Shown here: positions 26,011 through 40,101 of the stretch, in pieces
Layout: every line of letters starts with the position of its first letter
Numbering within the stretch: position 1 is the stretch's first letter
DNA from: Orbicella franksi
Taxonomy: Eukaryota
Length of the DNA stretch: 64,000 nt
Reading direction: 5' to 3'
NCBI GenBank assembly: GCA_964199315.1
Contig: OZ116698.1
Span: 11,656,001-11,720,000 of the forward strand
Program-made: the position numbers and the translations under genes
Notes under the pieces: model-generated
Database searches by the model: none
What the model saw: the letters and a program-made list of their open reading frames with translations, nothing else
Told to the model about the DNA's origin: nothing

Positions 26011-29000
26011 TCATGAGAGGAATATCCTGACCCGCTGCACCACGGGGTTGCGACATATTGGACAGTTGGCTAGCGAGTTGGAACAGTTGAAACAGCAACA
26101 AACGTGACCACAATTCAGCAACACCACGTCCGACTGTTAAAACAAGAAAGAACAAAGTCAAGACAAAGACATCTTCAAACCATCCCGAGTGCATTTCTCA
26201 AGCACTTCGTTCCCGTCGGAACACAACCTCGAGGACGTAAATTAAGTATATTGCACAAAAAGTGGGTGCTTTCTTATTAGAAATTGCACAACGAAAGTAG
26301 TGACAGAGCTAACTTCTGGGCGGAAAATAAAGCAACTGACCGATAACTTAAAATTAAAAAGCTTCACTTCATTGGCTTGGAATAAAACACCTCCCTTCTG
26401 ATTGGCTAAGGGAGACGCGGTGGCCTCATGGTTAGTGTGCTCGATTCCAGATCGAGCGGTCCGGGTTCGAGCCCTAGCTGGGGACATTGTTGTGTTTTTG
26501 GGCAAGACACTTTCACGTCAGAAACCGGGATAAGCTCCGGCCCGATGGGCCACTTGGCTCGTATGCAGACGTAACCTACCCAAACTTTGACTGGCTAGAG
26601 AACGCGTACGAGTTGAAATTTTGATCGACCTTTGCACTCAGTATAAGGATTCAGTCTTTCGCGTAAAGCAAGGCGAATAAGCTTTTACCTTCTGATCCAT
26701 GCAGATCACGCATTCTGTTGTCATGTCCCGGTTCTCCAGTACAGGTGCTGATGGCGAGGGTTGTGTTGGCAGCACAGGAGCTCGAGGGACTGGTGCCTAT
26801 TAATCAGAGAAATAGCGTCACTATAAGAAGTACTAGATTAACCAAAAAAAGGTAGCAACAAACATTAAATAGAAATTACTGTCGGGAAGCATTGAGATTC
26901 TCGGAAAAACAAAACTGTTTCCATCGGCACCAGTAATTAAGTGTATGATTTCATGGGTGACAAATTACTCCTTAATGTTGGCGAGAAATTTCAGCGTTTA
27001 TTTATATCACACGTGATATTACAAAATCGCCATAGCAACGTTTGGCGCGAAATTTCTCGATACAATAACCAAGAGTAAAAAAAAAAACGATTGTAAGCGT
27101 AATTTGTCACCTATGATATTAAAATGTAATCAAATGTTATTCTCGTAAAATTAAGAAGTGATAATTTCACTTATGTTTAGTCAAAATTCTAATAAAAATT
27201 TTGAGAAAACGCGGGTGAAATTATTTCCTAATTTCACTCGTCACCATTTGCGTATGTCACTGCGTCACTGCGTTTGCGTATGTCAACTAATGTTTACGCT
27301 TAAGCACTACTGAAAACCAGCTTTAATTAACACGGTTCCTGTCAGCTGTAGTATTGTTTCACAACTCAGTGAAATAAATCCAGGTCTTCCTAAAATCTTG
27401 TTTGAACTACTCAAAATCGATGCAAATGCCGCAATAATGGTTTTATATCAACATGCCGGCATATTGTTCTCCATACCTCAGGTCTTTCAATCTCTTTTGC
27501 CTTTTCCTTTGCCTTGGTGTCAAAACGGAGTCGTTCTTGGACCACGCTCAGGATTGCCTTACGAACTCCAAGCTCGTGTATACCCAGCTACGAAAAACGG
27601 AAATTAAAACTTAACACAACGTTAAGCTGACTTTACTGTGTCACGTTTGATTATGAAAAAGAAATAATGCCAAGGATATGAATGAACACTCTAACAGCAA
27701 AGTGGAAAGACAAAAATACGTTGATGAGAAGAACCTGCCTTTACACTGATGGAGCTGTAATCCCTTCGATTCCAAGCTAATATTGTACCTTGTTATAACT
27801 AACTCCATACATCCCATACATGCCTCGTTCACATGGCCTTTCTTCAACACAGTAACGAGGCAACCTCGTTTCTAGGATTTCTCTTCGTCCCAGAAGGAGA
27901 GACCCTGAAAACGAGGTTGGCAACGAGGTTGTACTTTGTACCATTATGTCCCTTACCTCTTTGAGTTCTTTGTCTGTCATAGTTTTAAGCATTTCCCACG
28001 TGATGCGATGACGAGCGAAGTGTGAAGCGTAGTCTTGGGCCTCTGCCTCGGCAAGTACGTCAGAAATGACACTATCGCACTCCTGTTAAATGACGACACA
28101 GAACGGTTAAGAGCTGAACCGTTTTTATGGTAAAAAGGGTTCGGTTCCTTAAAATCTCCCAAAGCGAAGATAGGTATTTTATAGACGATTCTACGTTACG
28201 AGTTAGTCTAGCCTAACGCTCCACGGGAAATTTCTAACATAAGATCAGGTGTTCTTTCATTTCGCGGTGATAACGAAAAAAAAGGAACTGCGCTTGTTCG
28301 CAGGTTACACTACATGCTGCCCTACTGTTTGGCAGCTTCATTGTTCAAGAAGTCGAAGACCATGTATACAGTTATAAATAAGGTACAGAAAAATACCTAT
28401 AATGTGGTTGGGAGGGGAGAATGATTAACGCCATTCGTTGGCACAACATTAGACAACATGCTTTGACGAACTGCGACCGACCAGCATCCCAGACAAGGTA
28501 AGTCGCAATTCTCCTTAATGAGCCCAAGAGACTAGTGAGAGACGCTTTCTATTCTGTCAAGAACCCCGGAAATTCAGGTTGGGAGGTAAATAGTAATTTC
28601 GGGTTTGCCCAACTGGATGATTCCCGAAAAAAATAAACGAACTCCAAAAAGGCTAGTGCTAAGAGGTACCGTGGTTTCGGAGAGTTTTCCACTTGGGCGA
28701 ACCAAAGAAGAGTTTGCCACTTACTCCGAACCAAACTCGGTGGAATTTTGGACCAAATGGCAAGTTCCCAGCCCAGAGCTCCGTGTCAGCCTGATAATGT
28801 ACTGAGTCGAGTAAGACTTAGCTGAGAACACGCACCTTTTCAAGCAGAGTAAGAGGTTTACTCTCCAGTAACCTCTGATACTGTATCAACCAATAATCCT
28901 CGATATCAGTTTCTCTTTTGTGCTCCATCTCAACCTGTAACAAAATAGAGAGTACGTTTACCTGAGTGTCAAGTCACTCAATACTACTAAGCAATCTCAT

Positions 29001-32000
29001 TTCTGACTTCATCATCGTCGCTGTCATTCGGTGACTGTGAAACAATTAAGTCAGATTGAATGAAGAACTTACGAGTCTCTTCATCAGTTCGTCTTCCCTT
29101 TTGTGCTGTTCTCCAACAAGCTGAACCAGCAGACCAGTTAAAGCTTCTCTCTTCGACTCCAGGACAGTCTGAAAGACAACAACACCACAGTCTCTCTACA
29201 AGCGGAAGGAAAACAACTTGAACCAGCTAAAGGAAGTTTGTGTATAGTAACATGGAAACGAGGTACCTTTAACCCCAATGCCTCCCTCGCATGTTTAGAA
29301 TGTGGTAATCGGCAAAGAAATAAGAGCTATAAAACTCAAGTGAGAAAAGATTCAGCGACCGAAAGCAATCGATTCAAACTGAAATTTGTTCAAGAATTAA
29401 AAAGAGTTCTCTTGACAAATAACAACAGTTGTGGTGACTTGCATTTCTGTTGTCAACCCAGATGTTCCAGGCGGTAACCAAGTTGGACATGATGTGAAAA
29501 ATCATGAAGTGGGAGGAAAACCGTGCGTTCAGTTCACAGATTCTCCCATGCGTTTCCGCTGAGAAGTGATTGTACGACTAAGCAACTGACATACCCTCTC
29601 AACATCCTGCCGTTCGTCTCTCTTCTCCAGTTCTGTGAGCGTCAGTTTCGCCAGTTCGTCTTGCAGCATTGAAATCTGTTGCCAAACAAACGAACAGGAA
29701 TTTTCACGTTGGATAGATAACAAAAATTGACAGTTACACGAGTGATGGAATTACGCCAGGGACCACGAAGTACATCGATACCCTCCAAATACAGACTGAA
29801 AACGGAAGAATGATAGAATGATTTGTACAGAAAGAGTTATAAAAAGTTATACTAGCTAGATTCCAGAAGGCCTTAATGAGAAAACAACCCACAAGGGAAT
29901 TCGTTCTGGCCATTCTTTGCACAGCCGTGCAATAATCATTATGTAGCTTCATTACCTGGCCTGTGATTCTGCGATGTTTTGCATCCGTCTGAAGTTGAAG
30001 AGCTTGAATTGCTTCCATCTGTGCGCGTTCCTAAACATCAAAAGACGAATATTAAATATTGATGATACACTGCAATGTGGATGACGCGAAATCAGAAAAC
30101 CTCTGAATAAAACAAAGAGGACAAGAAAAGTCGCGGCAAAATCAAAAGAAATCGACGCTCACAACGAGAACTATTAAGTCAGTCAAGTGCTTGACTAAAC
30201 AAGAGACAAGGCATCAGTAAAAACTCATAATTCCCGGCATTTAATGCCAGATATCGGGAAAGCTATGTCTCATTGTCTTGTTTGCGATACTCGTGTAGTG
30301 AATGTTGTTCTGCTTGTTTTTCGAAGGTTGCGCCTTGCTTTACATTGGCACTTTACAAAGCCAGTGAGACAATACCTCCAAAATCAGTTACAAGGGAGCA
30401 CTTCATGAGGACTTCATCTAAACGTCCACTTATAGAAAGTGTCCCGGAACTGTTGGTACCATGAATGCGTTCCTATACCTAATATGTCATTGAGAAAATA
30501 AAACAAGACGGACACATTGGAAGCAAACAACCAAATGTCTGACCTCTCTGGAGATCTCAGAAATAAGAGTATCTCTGTCGTCGTACTGTTCATTCAAAAT
30601 GCCAAGCAACCGTGCATCAGCTTCTACAGACCTGGCAAAGAATAAACAACAGAACACCCTAATTAATTGATTTGTCAGCGAAAACAGTACTTTTGTTAAG
30701 GTGAGACAACGTATTGACTTGGTTTGCATGTCTTCATCTGGCAGCAACAGTTTTGGCGGGAAATTCACAAACGCCATACGTTTGACCGCTGCGCTGGCTA
30801 ACTGTGAGCTGAACCAATTGTCGGAAATGTCTCATGCGCAGATCCCTGCTGCTGACTGCATCACAGTCGCGTGTTGTCAGAGATGTTACAAACAGAGAGA
30901 TTCTGAAGAATGAAGAAGTATATACTTACTCATTCATGGCCTGACTAGCAGTCTTCTCTCTCGTTCGTTCATATTCTCTTATAAGTCGACTTTGACTTTC
31001 TTGACTTTCTAAAAGGCGAGCCATGGAAGCTACCACGAAAGAAAAAAAGCAAACATAAATAAAGTTTCAAACATGTTGGTCCGAGTGTCTCTAATTCATA
31101 AAGCCCCACAAAAGTAAATACTACTAAAGTGAAACATCTTTTCGTTACACGAGTGTAGTTTCTTTCCATTCTTCAGATCCACTTAGGGCTAAAAAGCCCA
31201 CCTCACCTCACCCCACCCTTATAGTATCAGTACCCACCCCAGAGTGCACTTATTCAAGAGAAACTCGAACAAAATGGTTGTGCATTGAGCGAAAGCAGTG
31301 GAAAGGATTATCACCAACCTAGAACTTCCTCCTTTCGTAGTTTCTCAGCTTCTTCCTGTGTGACCTTGATCAGCTCTTCAGTTCTCATTCTGTACAGTAA
31401 AACAACGTGTATCGGATTATTTAATCCCCTCTAAACAACTCTCTCTTCTCTCCTTGTGACTCATGGATTAGGGGAGGCAGCATGGCCGGTAGTTAGGACG
31501 CCGGACTCGAAATCCGGAGGTCGCGGGTTCAAGTCCCGCTCTGACCACTTATCTGGAGTTGTTTCTCGGTAGACCCTAGTTTAACTTCACGGTGATGCTT
31601 GTAAATAGCCAACTGGCCTGCCTACTGCCAGCTGGGATTTTTAAGCCTATTATGTTTCTAAAGTTGATATATTCGTTTCTTTCAGTATAAGTTGCACGCC
31701 TCTGAACTAGCTTGGTGTAGCTAAGCGCATTGACCACTATAAACAACAACACTTGAACATTTTCTTTAACTTGACTAGCGGACTCAGCGGTATGGGAATG
31801 GAACCGCGTTTTTCTGAGCAAGTCACTCTGTGTCTTTCTACAAAGGTTTACAAATGGGATCCGGCAAATTGTTGGGAAACCTACGATAAAATAGTGTCCC
31901 ATGCCTTGTTCCATAATTAATGCCACATTTGCAGTGATCGCGTGTAAGATTATTTGTTTTTGCTGATGGAAAATGGAGTTTTGAAATGTCCTAACCTACG

Positions 32001-35000
32001 TGTAAGTACAACATAAAGTGTCAGTGTGGTTTTGACTTTTCTTTGTCAAGGAACCTTTAAGTAACGGAACACGGTACCTTTCTTTCTCCATTTCATCAAG
32101 TATCATTTCCGCCTTCTGAGCTCTGAAATATAATTAAGAAAATTTAATGGTTAGTACTTCCTAACTGAGGGATTAAGCATGTACCACCTGACTTAAATAC
32201 TTATTTGTTACGTAAATTTTCTCACCAAAAAAAAAAAAGTATGAAGTAGAATGTAAATTAAGTCACGTTGAAAAAACCATCCCGACAAAGAGGTTTTGTT
32301 GGATTTACCTTTCATTAACTTGTAATATCATCGCCACAGTGTCATTGGTGAGCTGTTCATCTGCAACAAAATAATAATTCATCACCTCTCCTGTTAAAAG
32401 GCACAATCTAAAAATTAAAAGTTCTTGGCGAGCAAAACTAAAAATATGCCAGGGGTCAATATATATTTTTAAGTTTTGATAATACTGCCAAGAGTTTAAA
32501 GGATTTCTGGTGCTAATGATCTGTATAGCCTTCCCTTTTTGAGCTGTCACATGCGTGGTAAAGCTTTAGAATGGCAAAGCCACCAGGAATGGGCTTCTTG
32601 TCCCCAGGACCTCTCTTTTTACTGCCTCTCTCTCAGTCTATAGGGTATAGGAATGATGTTGCATCTGATTATGGGGGGTGGGAAGAGGGGAGGGGGGAGG
32701 GCTCTCTGCCATTTTGCAGTGATCTCCTTGCTGGCCAGAGTTTACCACTTGGACTATATAGCCTAACACATCAGCCACACGCAGGCTATAAACATATCTA
32801 CAGTGAATGAATACCTGCTGCCATTACTGACACCAGTTTTTGTCTTTCAAGATCTTGTTGCTGTTGTTTCCATAATGTGCGGTTATCCATTTCTGCTTCG
32901 GCCTATAGAAAACACTTTATTGTTAATATTCTAAGTTCAGAAGCAGCATTCCCTGTGTCTCTCTGCAACTTTACATTTCCTTTTTATTGAAAATTAAGAT
33001 ACAACTTTTGGAAGATTTTTTTAAGCTACAAACAAGATGTACAGTAGCTGCCATGAGCAAGAAAAACCTGAACTCACTCTACAAGTACAGCAAGTTCAAC
33101 ATGATTGAACACTGAGTTAGCCTGCAAGAAAGCTCTCTTGGAAATTCTTGTCCAAGAGGGCTCGCTTGCAGGGCACCATAATGTCTGTTTCACAAACATT
33201 TTCAGGTTAGGACTGCTTTTAGTTTGATAACAATCATATTCAAATCTATAGCAGAGATTAGGGACTTTTAGGAATGACGATGGCGATGCCAAGATGACAC
33301 ATTGCACAAAATCGATTTATATTTTACCGTGGAATGTCACAGTTATGTAGATCTGTTTAGTACGCTTATCAGTCTAAAAACTTGCTCAGGCTAAAGATGT
33401 AATGACAGCATTCAATTCCAAAAGAAAAACTGATGAAAGTTAGCTGTTGCAGTTCAGGTTAACCAAAAGACGCAGAACTCATCACATTGTTGCTTTGCAG
33501 ATGACAAGTAAGAAATGTAACAAAAGTCAGAACTCACACGCAGAACCATTGTTCTACTCAGGAAACCTTTTGTTTGGTGATGTTCACGTTGGCAGCCATA
33601 GTGATTTGCTAAAGCTTCCTATCGTTTTGTGGTGAACAACCTGCACTAAGCTGAAAAATGGCCCCTAGCTTTCCACACACACCAACTGCCTTGCATGTAG
33701 CTAACATGCTAATAAAGTCACTTGTCATGACTTCCTGCCATTCCAAGTTCATGAGAGAGAACAACAAATCGACCAGGAGATAGAGATCTGGTTGTAGGGC
33801 CTTAGAAGAAGTTCTCACTCATTGAACCACAAGGTAAATTTGGGATGGCTTGCAGTCTTTATTTTCGGGAATGGTGTGGTTAAAAACATTAATTTTCATT
33901 ACCACTCGTATCTTGTCCATAAGGTCAATGCGCTGCTTACTGGCCTTCGCAGCCAGGGCCTGCTGTTCAAGCTCTGTTTCCTGAATTTGTTTTTCTATTT
34001 CAATCATCTGCTGTCTTCTTTTTTCCTGAGGATCAAAATGAGCAGAGGTTGGACTTCATTTTTACCAAGCATGATGTCAAGATGGCTGAATATTTTTGCG
34101 TGTTCATGGACCGAGATGCAATCAAGATCCATAGAAAGAAAACAGCAAAAAAGATCAAGACCATTATCCAGTCATCTTGAATTTCTAATATGGCATAAAG
34201 AAAACCATTCTCTGGCAGGAAACAGTAGGTTGTTCTGAGCCAATCACAGCACTGGATTTGGTTCATCTTTCTGTTGCGTGAAACTCGTCGCATAATAAGT
34301 GGTAGTATTGTATAATGCCATCAATGGTCAACACCCTTTTGACATCTTTTTAGACTGATGGTAACAGCCTAGCACAAGGTTTTAATTTAGAAGGTCAAAA
34401 AGAGGCTTTTTGTGTTATGTGATACATGAAATGCATGCAGTATGATACTTGTGATAAATGTGCTGAGTGTTGAAAAATCAAAATGAATCAAACAAACTGA
34501 AGACAAAATGCAATAAAATAACGAAAAGAGAAAACCTAAGCAAAACAAAACCAACATGCCAACCTTTTCTGCCTCATGCTGTGATAAAGTGCTCTGAAAC
34601 AAAAATGTCCGCATATGTGTAAAAACATGGAAAGAGTGGAACTGAATGGTATGCAATCTTGAGTTGAAATGTGCAAAAATAATGATTTGAGTTCACCTGT
34701 TCTCACCTGACAGTGACCTTGCCAATTCAGACCATTACAATTGGTTACTGGTAATTGATTTTATTATAATTAATTAAAATTATGAACAAAACATAAAACA
34801 TCATAACATAAACTGAAATTAGGAAATCAATAAACAAAATGAATGTCTTCCAGTAAGCATGAAAATGCAAAAGAAACAAACTCTTTTCTGACTTGTTATC
34901 TTATAAATTGAACAAATACTTGTCTAGAAATCCCACCAGGCAAACCACTTTTAATAATTATTGTAAAAACTTTTATTTTTGTAGAAGCTGATTGATCAGC

Positions 35001-37205
35001 AATGAAAAATATTATGCAGAGCCTAATCATTTAGGTTGATTTTTAAAACTGAACAACTCACTGCCAAAAGCTGATCCACTGGAGTGGGGTCCAATCGTTT
35101 ATCTTTAGCTGTTCCATTTCCAACTGGATCTGTAAGAAACACGCATCTAGCTCCAAACACAGACAACAAAATTCTGCTGTGCACCCTCTGCACAAGATGC
35201 TTAGCAATAACATATACATGTAAAACTATTTTGGTATCTCATAATATGACATTTATTTTATTTTAGTATTTGATATTTATTCTATTATAATTTAATCTCT
35301 AACATGTTAAAAGGTAGCATGCATCCATTTTCATCTTGTTCTTGCTATATGTTAACTACACAGGGGAAGGGCATGCTACTTTAGTAAACTAGGCTTTTTT
35401 GCAACAAATAACCTATGCCAAAATATTAACAATAAGTTAGCAACCTTTACAACATAACATGTATTTATATACAAATCATTTTAATACATACCTAACACAT
35501 TTAACAAATGTTTGGATGGAGGAACATACTCAATTCCAGCCACTAATAAGAGATAAAACAAACACAAAAAATCATTACAACACCAGTAAAATGGAGCTTA
35601 GTCAGTAGTATTAAATATACTGTATAATAATTATACAATTCATATCTTGAGTGATTTACCTTTGCAAAGATATTTCATAATTGATGCTGTCCCCTCAGAT
35701 GACACATCTAAGAAGAAAAAACAACATTGATTATTACAAGAATACCAAACTGCACTTAAACTCATCAAAGGTCGATGAGCTTGGGGAATGGTGCCTGAAA
35801 GGATGGTGGAGCCCAAGAGGAAACTAAAGCGAGTGCATAGGGTATCCAAGACGACCCTGTGAGTGGCAATCACCAGGCAACATCACACTGAAAAAACTGT
35901 GGAAACACAGGATACTTACCACATCCTTACCATGAAGCCAAAGGGGGATGGTTGGGCTGGGAGAAAAGCTTGACGAGAACTGTCCAGCAGTGAAAAACAC
36001 ATGGAATGACTTCACATCCAAAACCGAGCTGTAAAATCCAGGTGCCCCTGAACAAATCCCCCGGCCACCCCATACCCACTCTGAGGGAGACTGCTGGCCC
36101 GCATTCTTGTTTCGTGTTTAACTTAGCCTAAATTACATTTAGCTACATTACTGAGGCTTAAAAGTGGCCCCACTATAGGTCCATTGCAGGTCAGTGCCTC
36201 GTTGAAAGAGACAGAGCATCTTGCCCAAAAAAACAAAAACGTAACCCTAGCTTGCACTAATAAACCTAGATAGGGGTCCAACGCATTTTACAATTTGGTC
36301 AATGTATCAGTCACAGCTTTTCTAGTAAGGAATAGTTTACCACCAAACAGTGAGTTTCCTTTGGACAAGTAGCTTTTAAAATTTGACCATTCACACTGAT
36401 AAAAATGTTATCACAATCAAAACTAAACTTATAACTTTCTTCTGTCTATTACCTTTAGGTGGGAAAGTTATTTTGTCCACATCAAGAATAATAGTCTGAA
36501 AAATAAATAGTACAATACATGAGACAGAAACTCAAATATGGGCCCAACTATAAAAAAATAAATTAAGATTGACTGATATAGAAAGAAAATTAATAGGCCT
36601 TTTGACAATCTTAAACTGCAACCAATTTTCTTAACAACTGATCAAAATAAATGTGATGAAACACTGTCTCTCCAGTTTGAGATGTAGCTAATGGCTACAG
36701 ACCCAACTACCAAAAATTTAATTATAATTATAAGTGTTCTGAATCTCACCTCTAAAGTTCTTACACGAGCCAAGGTGGGTGGAACTCCAGGTAAGTTGCT
36801 GTTTTCTGATATATTAAGTGTTCTCAAGCTTTTTAAATTGCCAATTTCAGGTGGTAAGGAGCGAAGATCATTTCCTGTTAAAGAAAAATAACATCATCAG
36901 TGGGGACCTTATAATTACCTACTCACCTTTAGACATGACAAATAAGGAAAATAAACGTGACTGGAAAAATAATCAAACCTTGCAGGATTAAGCTTTGAAG
37001 AGATGTCAAGTTTCCAATGGCTGCAGGAAGAGCTTTGAGCTTATTTCCTTGAACATTCAACACCTGAAAAATAAAAACAAAAATAGAATAATAATATTAT
37101 TATTATGGTACAGTGGACCAAAGTCATAATATAGAAATGATGTACAGAGATCCCATTCATTTGTCTATCTGTTCAGAACTTTTTCTATCAGCCTGCCTGT
37201 CTGCC

Positions 37206-37245
<40 letters not shown>

Positions 37246-40070
37246 CACCCATTTGTTCTGTTTGTCTCTCTGCCTGTCTGTCCATTTTTTGGTAATAAAT
37301 ATGTTATGAATATGTACTTCCTCCCACATGTAAGGTTTTTTGTTTGAGAACTTTGACTTCCTCAAAGGTCTCTACTTATACAGAAAAGCAAAGGCTCAAC
37401 AATGTGTACCTGCAATGCCTTTAGCTCATGAATATCAGCTGGAAGTGTAGTTATTTGATTGTTATGAAGATCTAAGACCTGTTGAGAAAAATACTTTCAC
37501 TGCTCAGTTTAATAGCATAACAAGTGCAGGAAATTATTAGTAAGACCATTTATGAGTTATCATTTAATTCTGTTTGATAAATAAGAAAAAGGTACTTGAT
37601 TAGAACCACGTTCTTCCAAAGTGTGAGGCAAACAACAAAGTGTTTTGAAGCTGATCAAGCTTTATATTTATTTAAACTCATCAACAATAGATGAGCTTGG
37701 GGAGTGGTGCCTAAAAGGAGGGTGAAGCCACGAGTGCCACCGAGCTGAACACGTAGGGCAACCATGAGAACCCTGTGAGCAGCAACCACCCAACCGGCAC
37801 CGTCACACTGAAAAACAGTGGAAACACAGATACTTACCACATACTTACCATGACTAGAGGGAGGGCCGGGCCGGGAATAAAAGCACCGTGAGAACTATCC
37901 GATAGCGATAACAAACGCGGAATGACTTGACATCTGAAGCTTAACTGTAAACCATGTGGTGCCCCTGCACGAAACCCCCAGCCACCCCGCACCAAAACCC
38001 CGGGAGATACTGCTGGCCAGCATGGTCTTGCGTTTAACTTAGCCTAAATTACATTTAGCCACATATAAGGGATGGTGAAATAGTAAATGCAAGACTTTGC
38101 GAGAAGGCGAGGCTAGTGTTTTTCTTTGCGAGCCCAAGACATTTTGACTTCTTCAAAGTGTTTTAAATGCAAGCTCCAGATGTTCAGATGTCATTTATCA
38201 AAAAAACCCATCAAATTGGTACCTCCAGATGTTTTTAGCCTTGCATAATATTGAAACTGACCGACCGTGAAATTTGATGGAAATTTTGTGAGACTCATGG
38301 TTTTTTAAAGGAGCATTTACCATCCCTTTTATAACATCAGGTTTTAGACCTCTTTCACACCTTATCCTGACCAACAATAAAATTTGTAGAAACAAACATC
38401 TGCTAACATTGTAATTACCAAAAAGTTATTTGCCAAAAGAAACAGCATGCAGCAAAAGCAATTACCTATACCCACTGCCATGATAAAAACTGTGTTGCAC
38501 ACTGCAGTTAGCAAAAGGTTCTCATCATTACGGCCACTTATTTACACTTGCCAGCTGATAATGGGACCAAAAAATATTTTGTAATGTGCAACCTTTACTT
38601 TCATACAGCAAGTGTATAAATCTGCCATTAGTCAACAGAACCAGTTGAAATGCCAGGTGATAATAAGAATATTCATTATGACAGAGTTTTCATGACCATG
38701 ATCAGTGGTGATTTTATGGATGGGAAAATGACTGAAACTGTTCTGTTGGGTTGCTAAAAACAGGCGGTTGCCAAAAAAGATGACAGTTTTTACAATAAAT
38801 CTTAATTAATTTTAATTAATCAATTAATGTACAACATTTCTAGCTCTCACCCTTAAGTTTGATAGCTCCTTCAGATCTCCTCCACCCTTTAGATTTGATA
38901 TATCATTATCAAACAATAAAAGGGCCTAGAGAAATGAATATGACAAAATATCATTATTAGTGGCCTGAGTCACAGTCAATAAGGCATGGAGAAAGAATGA
39001 AAACAAAAACAAAAAACACAACTTACAACGAGTGTAATGTAGGATTTGGCATGATTAAAAATAACAGGATTTTATAATAAAGTGAATAAAAATGATACAT
39101 CAACTAATATCATGTTATATTTAAGTTAAGAACACACCTCTTTTTGAAGCACCCTGCATAAAGAATACACTCCCTTGGGTACCTGAGAATTAAATTAGAG
39201 AACACGTTATTATATTAAGCTATGATGATAACTGCAAGGTGCCAGTTATTAATAGGCAAACAAAGTCCAACTTGGACTGATGTCTTGGGTAATAAAACAA
39301 AAAAAAACTACAAAGATCTATTCAATGCTGAGGAAAGAATACGACTACCAAAGTTGGTCTACTTTAAATGAGTGCATGTCAATCACAAGCTGGCTGGATT
39401 CATCAATTTTCACTTTACTGTGCAGTTCTAAAAAATATATTTCTAACCCCTCCATGGAAGGTTAATAGCAGTTCCATGGGGTGGGAGTGGCAAATGCCAA
39501 TTGAAGCCTTTAAAGGAAAGTATGAAACCAAAACTGGAATTTCCAGAGGAGTGGGGAGGCGAGATTCAAGCTTAAATGCCTTCTGTGAGAGGGACTACTA
39601 TTTTCTAGAAAAATGATTATTAGCTAGTTAGTGGTGTTTTTTTTACGGTAGGTATATTTTGCAGGTTGCAAGTTGCAGGTTGAAATGTAATTATAACTGG
39701 AAAACTGCTGGCACTAAAAATAATTAATAACCTATATACTTGTCAGGGGTTCTTACATAAAGTAGTTCACCTCTTTCACATAGTGAAAACATGATCGATC
39801 CACTATAAGTACTTATCAATTGACACATCTGGATGGCAGCTCCACAGATGTTTCCATCGATTTCAAATTTGGCTTGGGTCTTCCCTCAACAACAGAAGAT
39901 TACACATCACAAATGAAGCAAATAAATAAAGAAATGAAATAATACAAGATTTCAACCAACGGAATATACTAGCACAAGCTCAGTGTGCTTTCATTTTGGT
40001 ACTCACAGGGAAGAAACCAAATTCAGCAGATATTTCAGATGCGTAAAGATTTTAAGGAAAATGACCAATT

Positions 40071-40101
<31 letters not shown>

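Noticed and set aside
26410-26480. tRNA-like sequences here and at 31471-31545
   Set aside because: They have A/B boxes but no complete cloverleaf, and they continue into SINE bodies. They are SINE heads, not tRNA genes.
27741-27776. Possible alternative terminal LRSAM1 exon LGIEGITAPSV*, which would remove the RING
   Set aside because: The acceptor lacks a polypyrimidine tract and the LGI match to the true next exon may be chance. It would need RNA-seq support.
35756-38064. Idea that the 393-nt element is telomerase RNA, RNase P/MRP or a retrozyme
   Set aside because: There is no CUAACCCU template, no P4 CR-I/CR-V motifs and no CUGANGA/GAAA hammerhead core on either strand.
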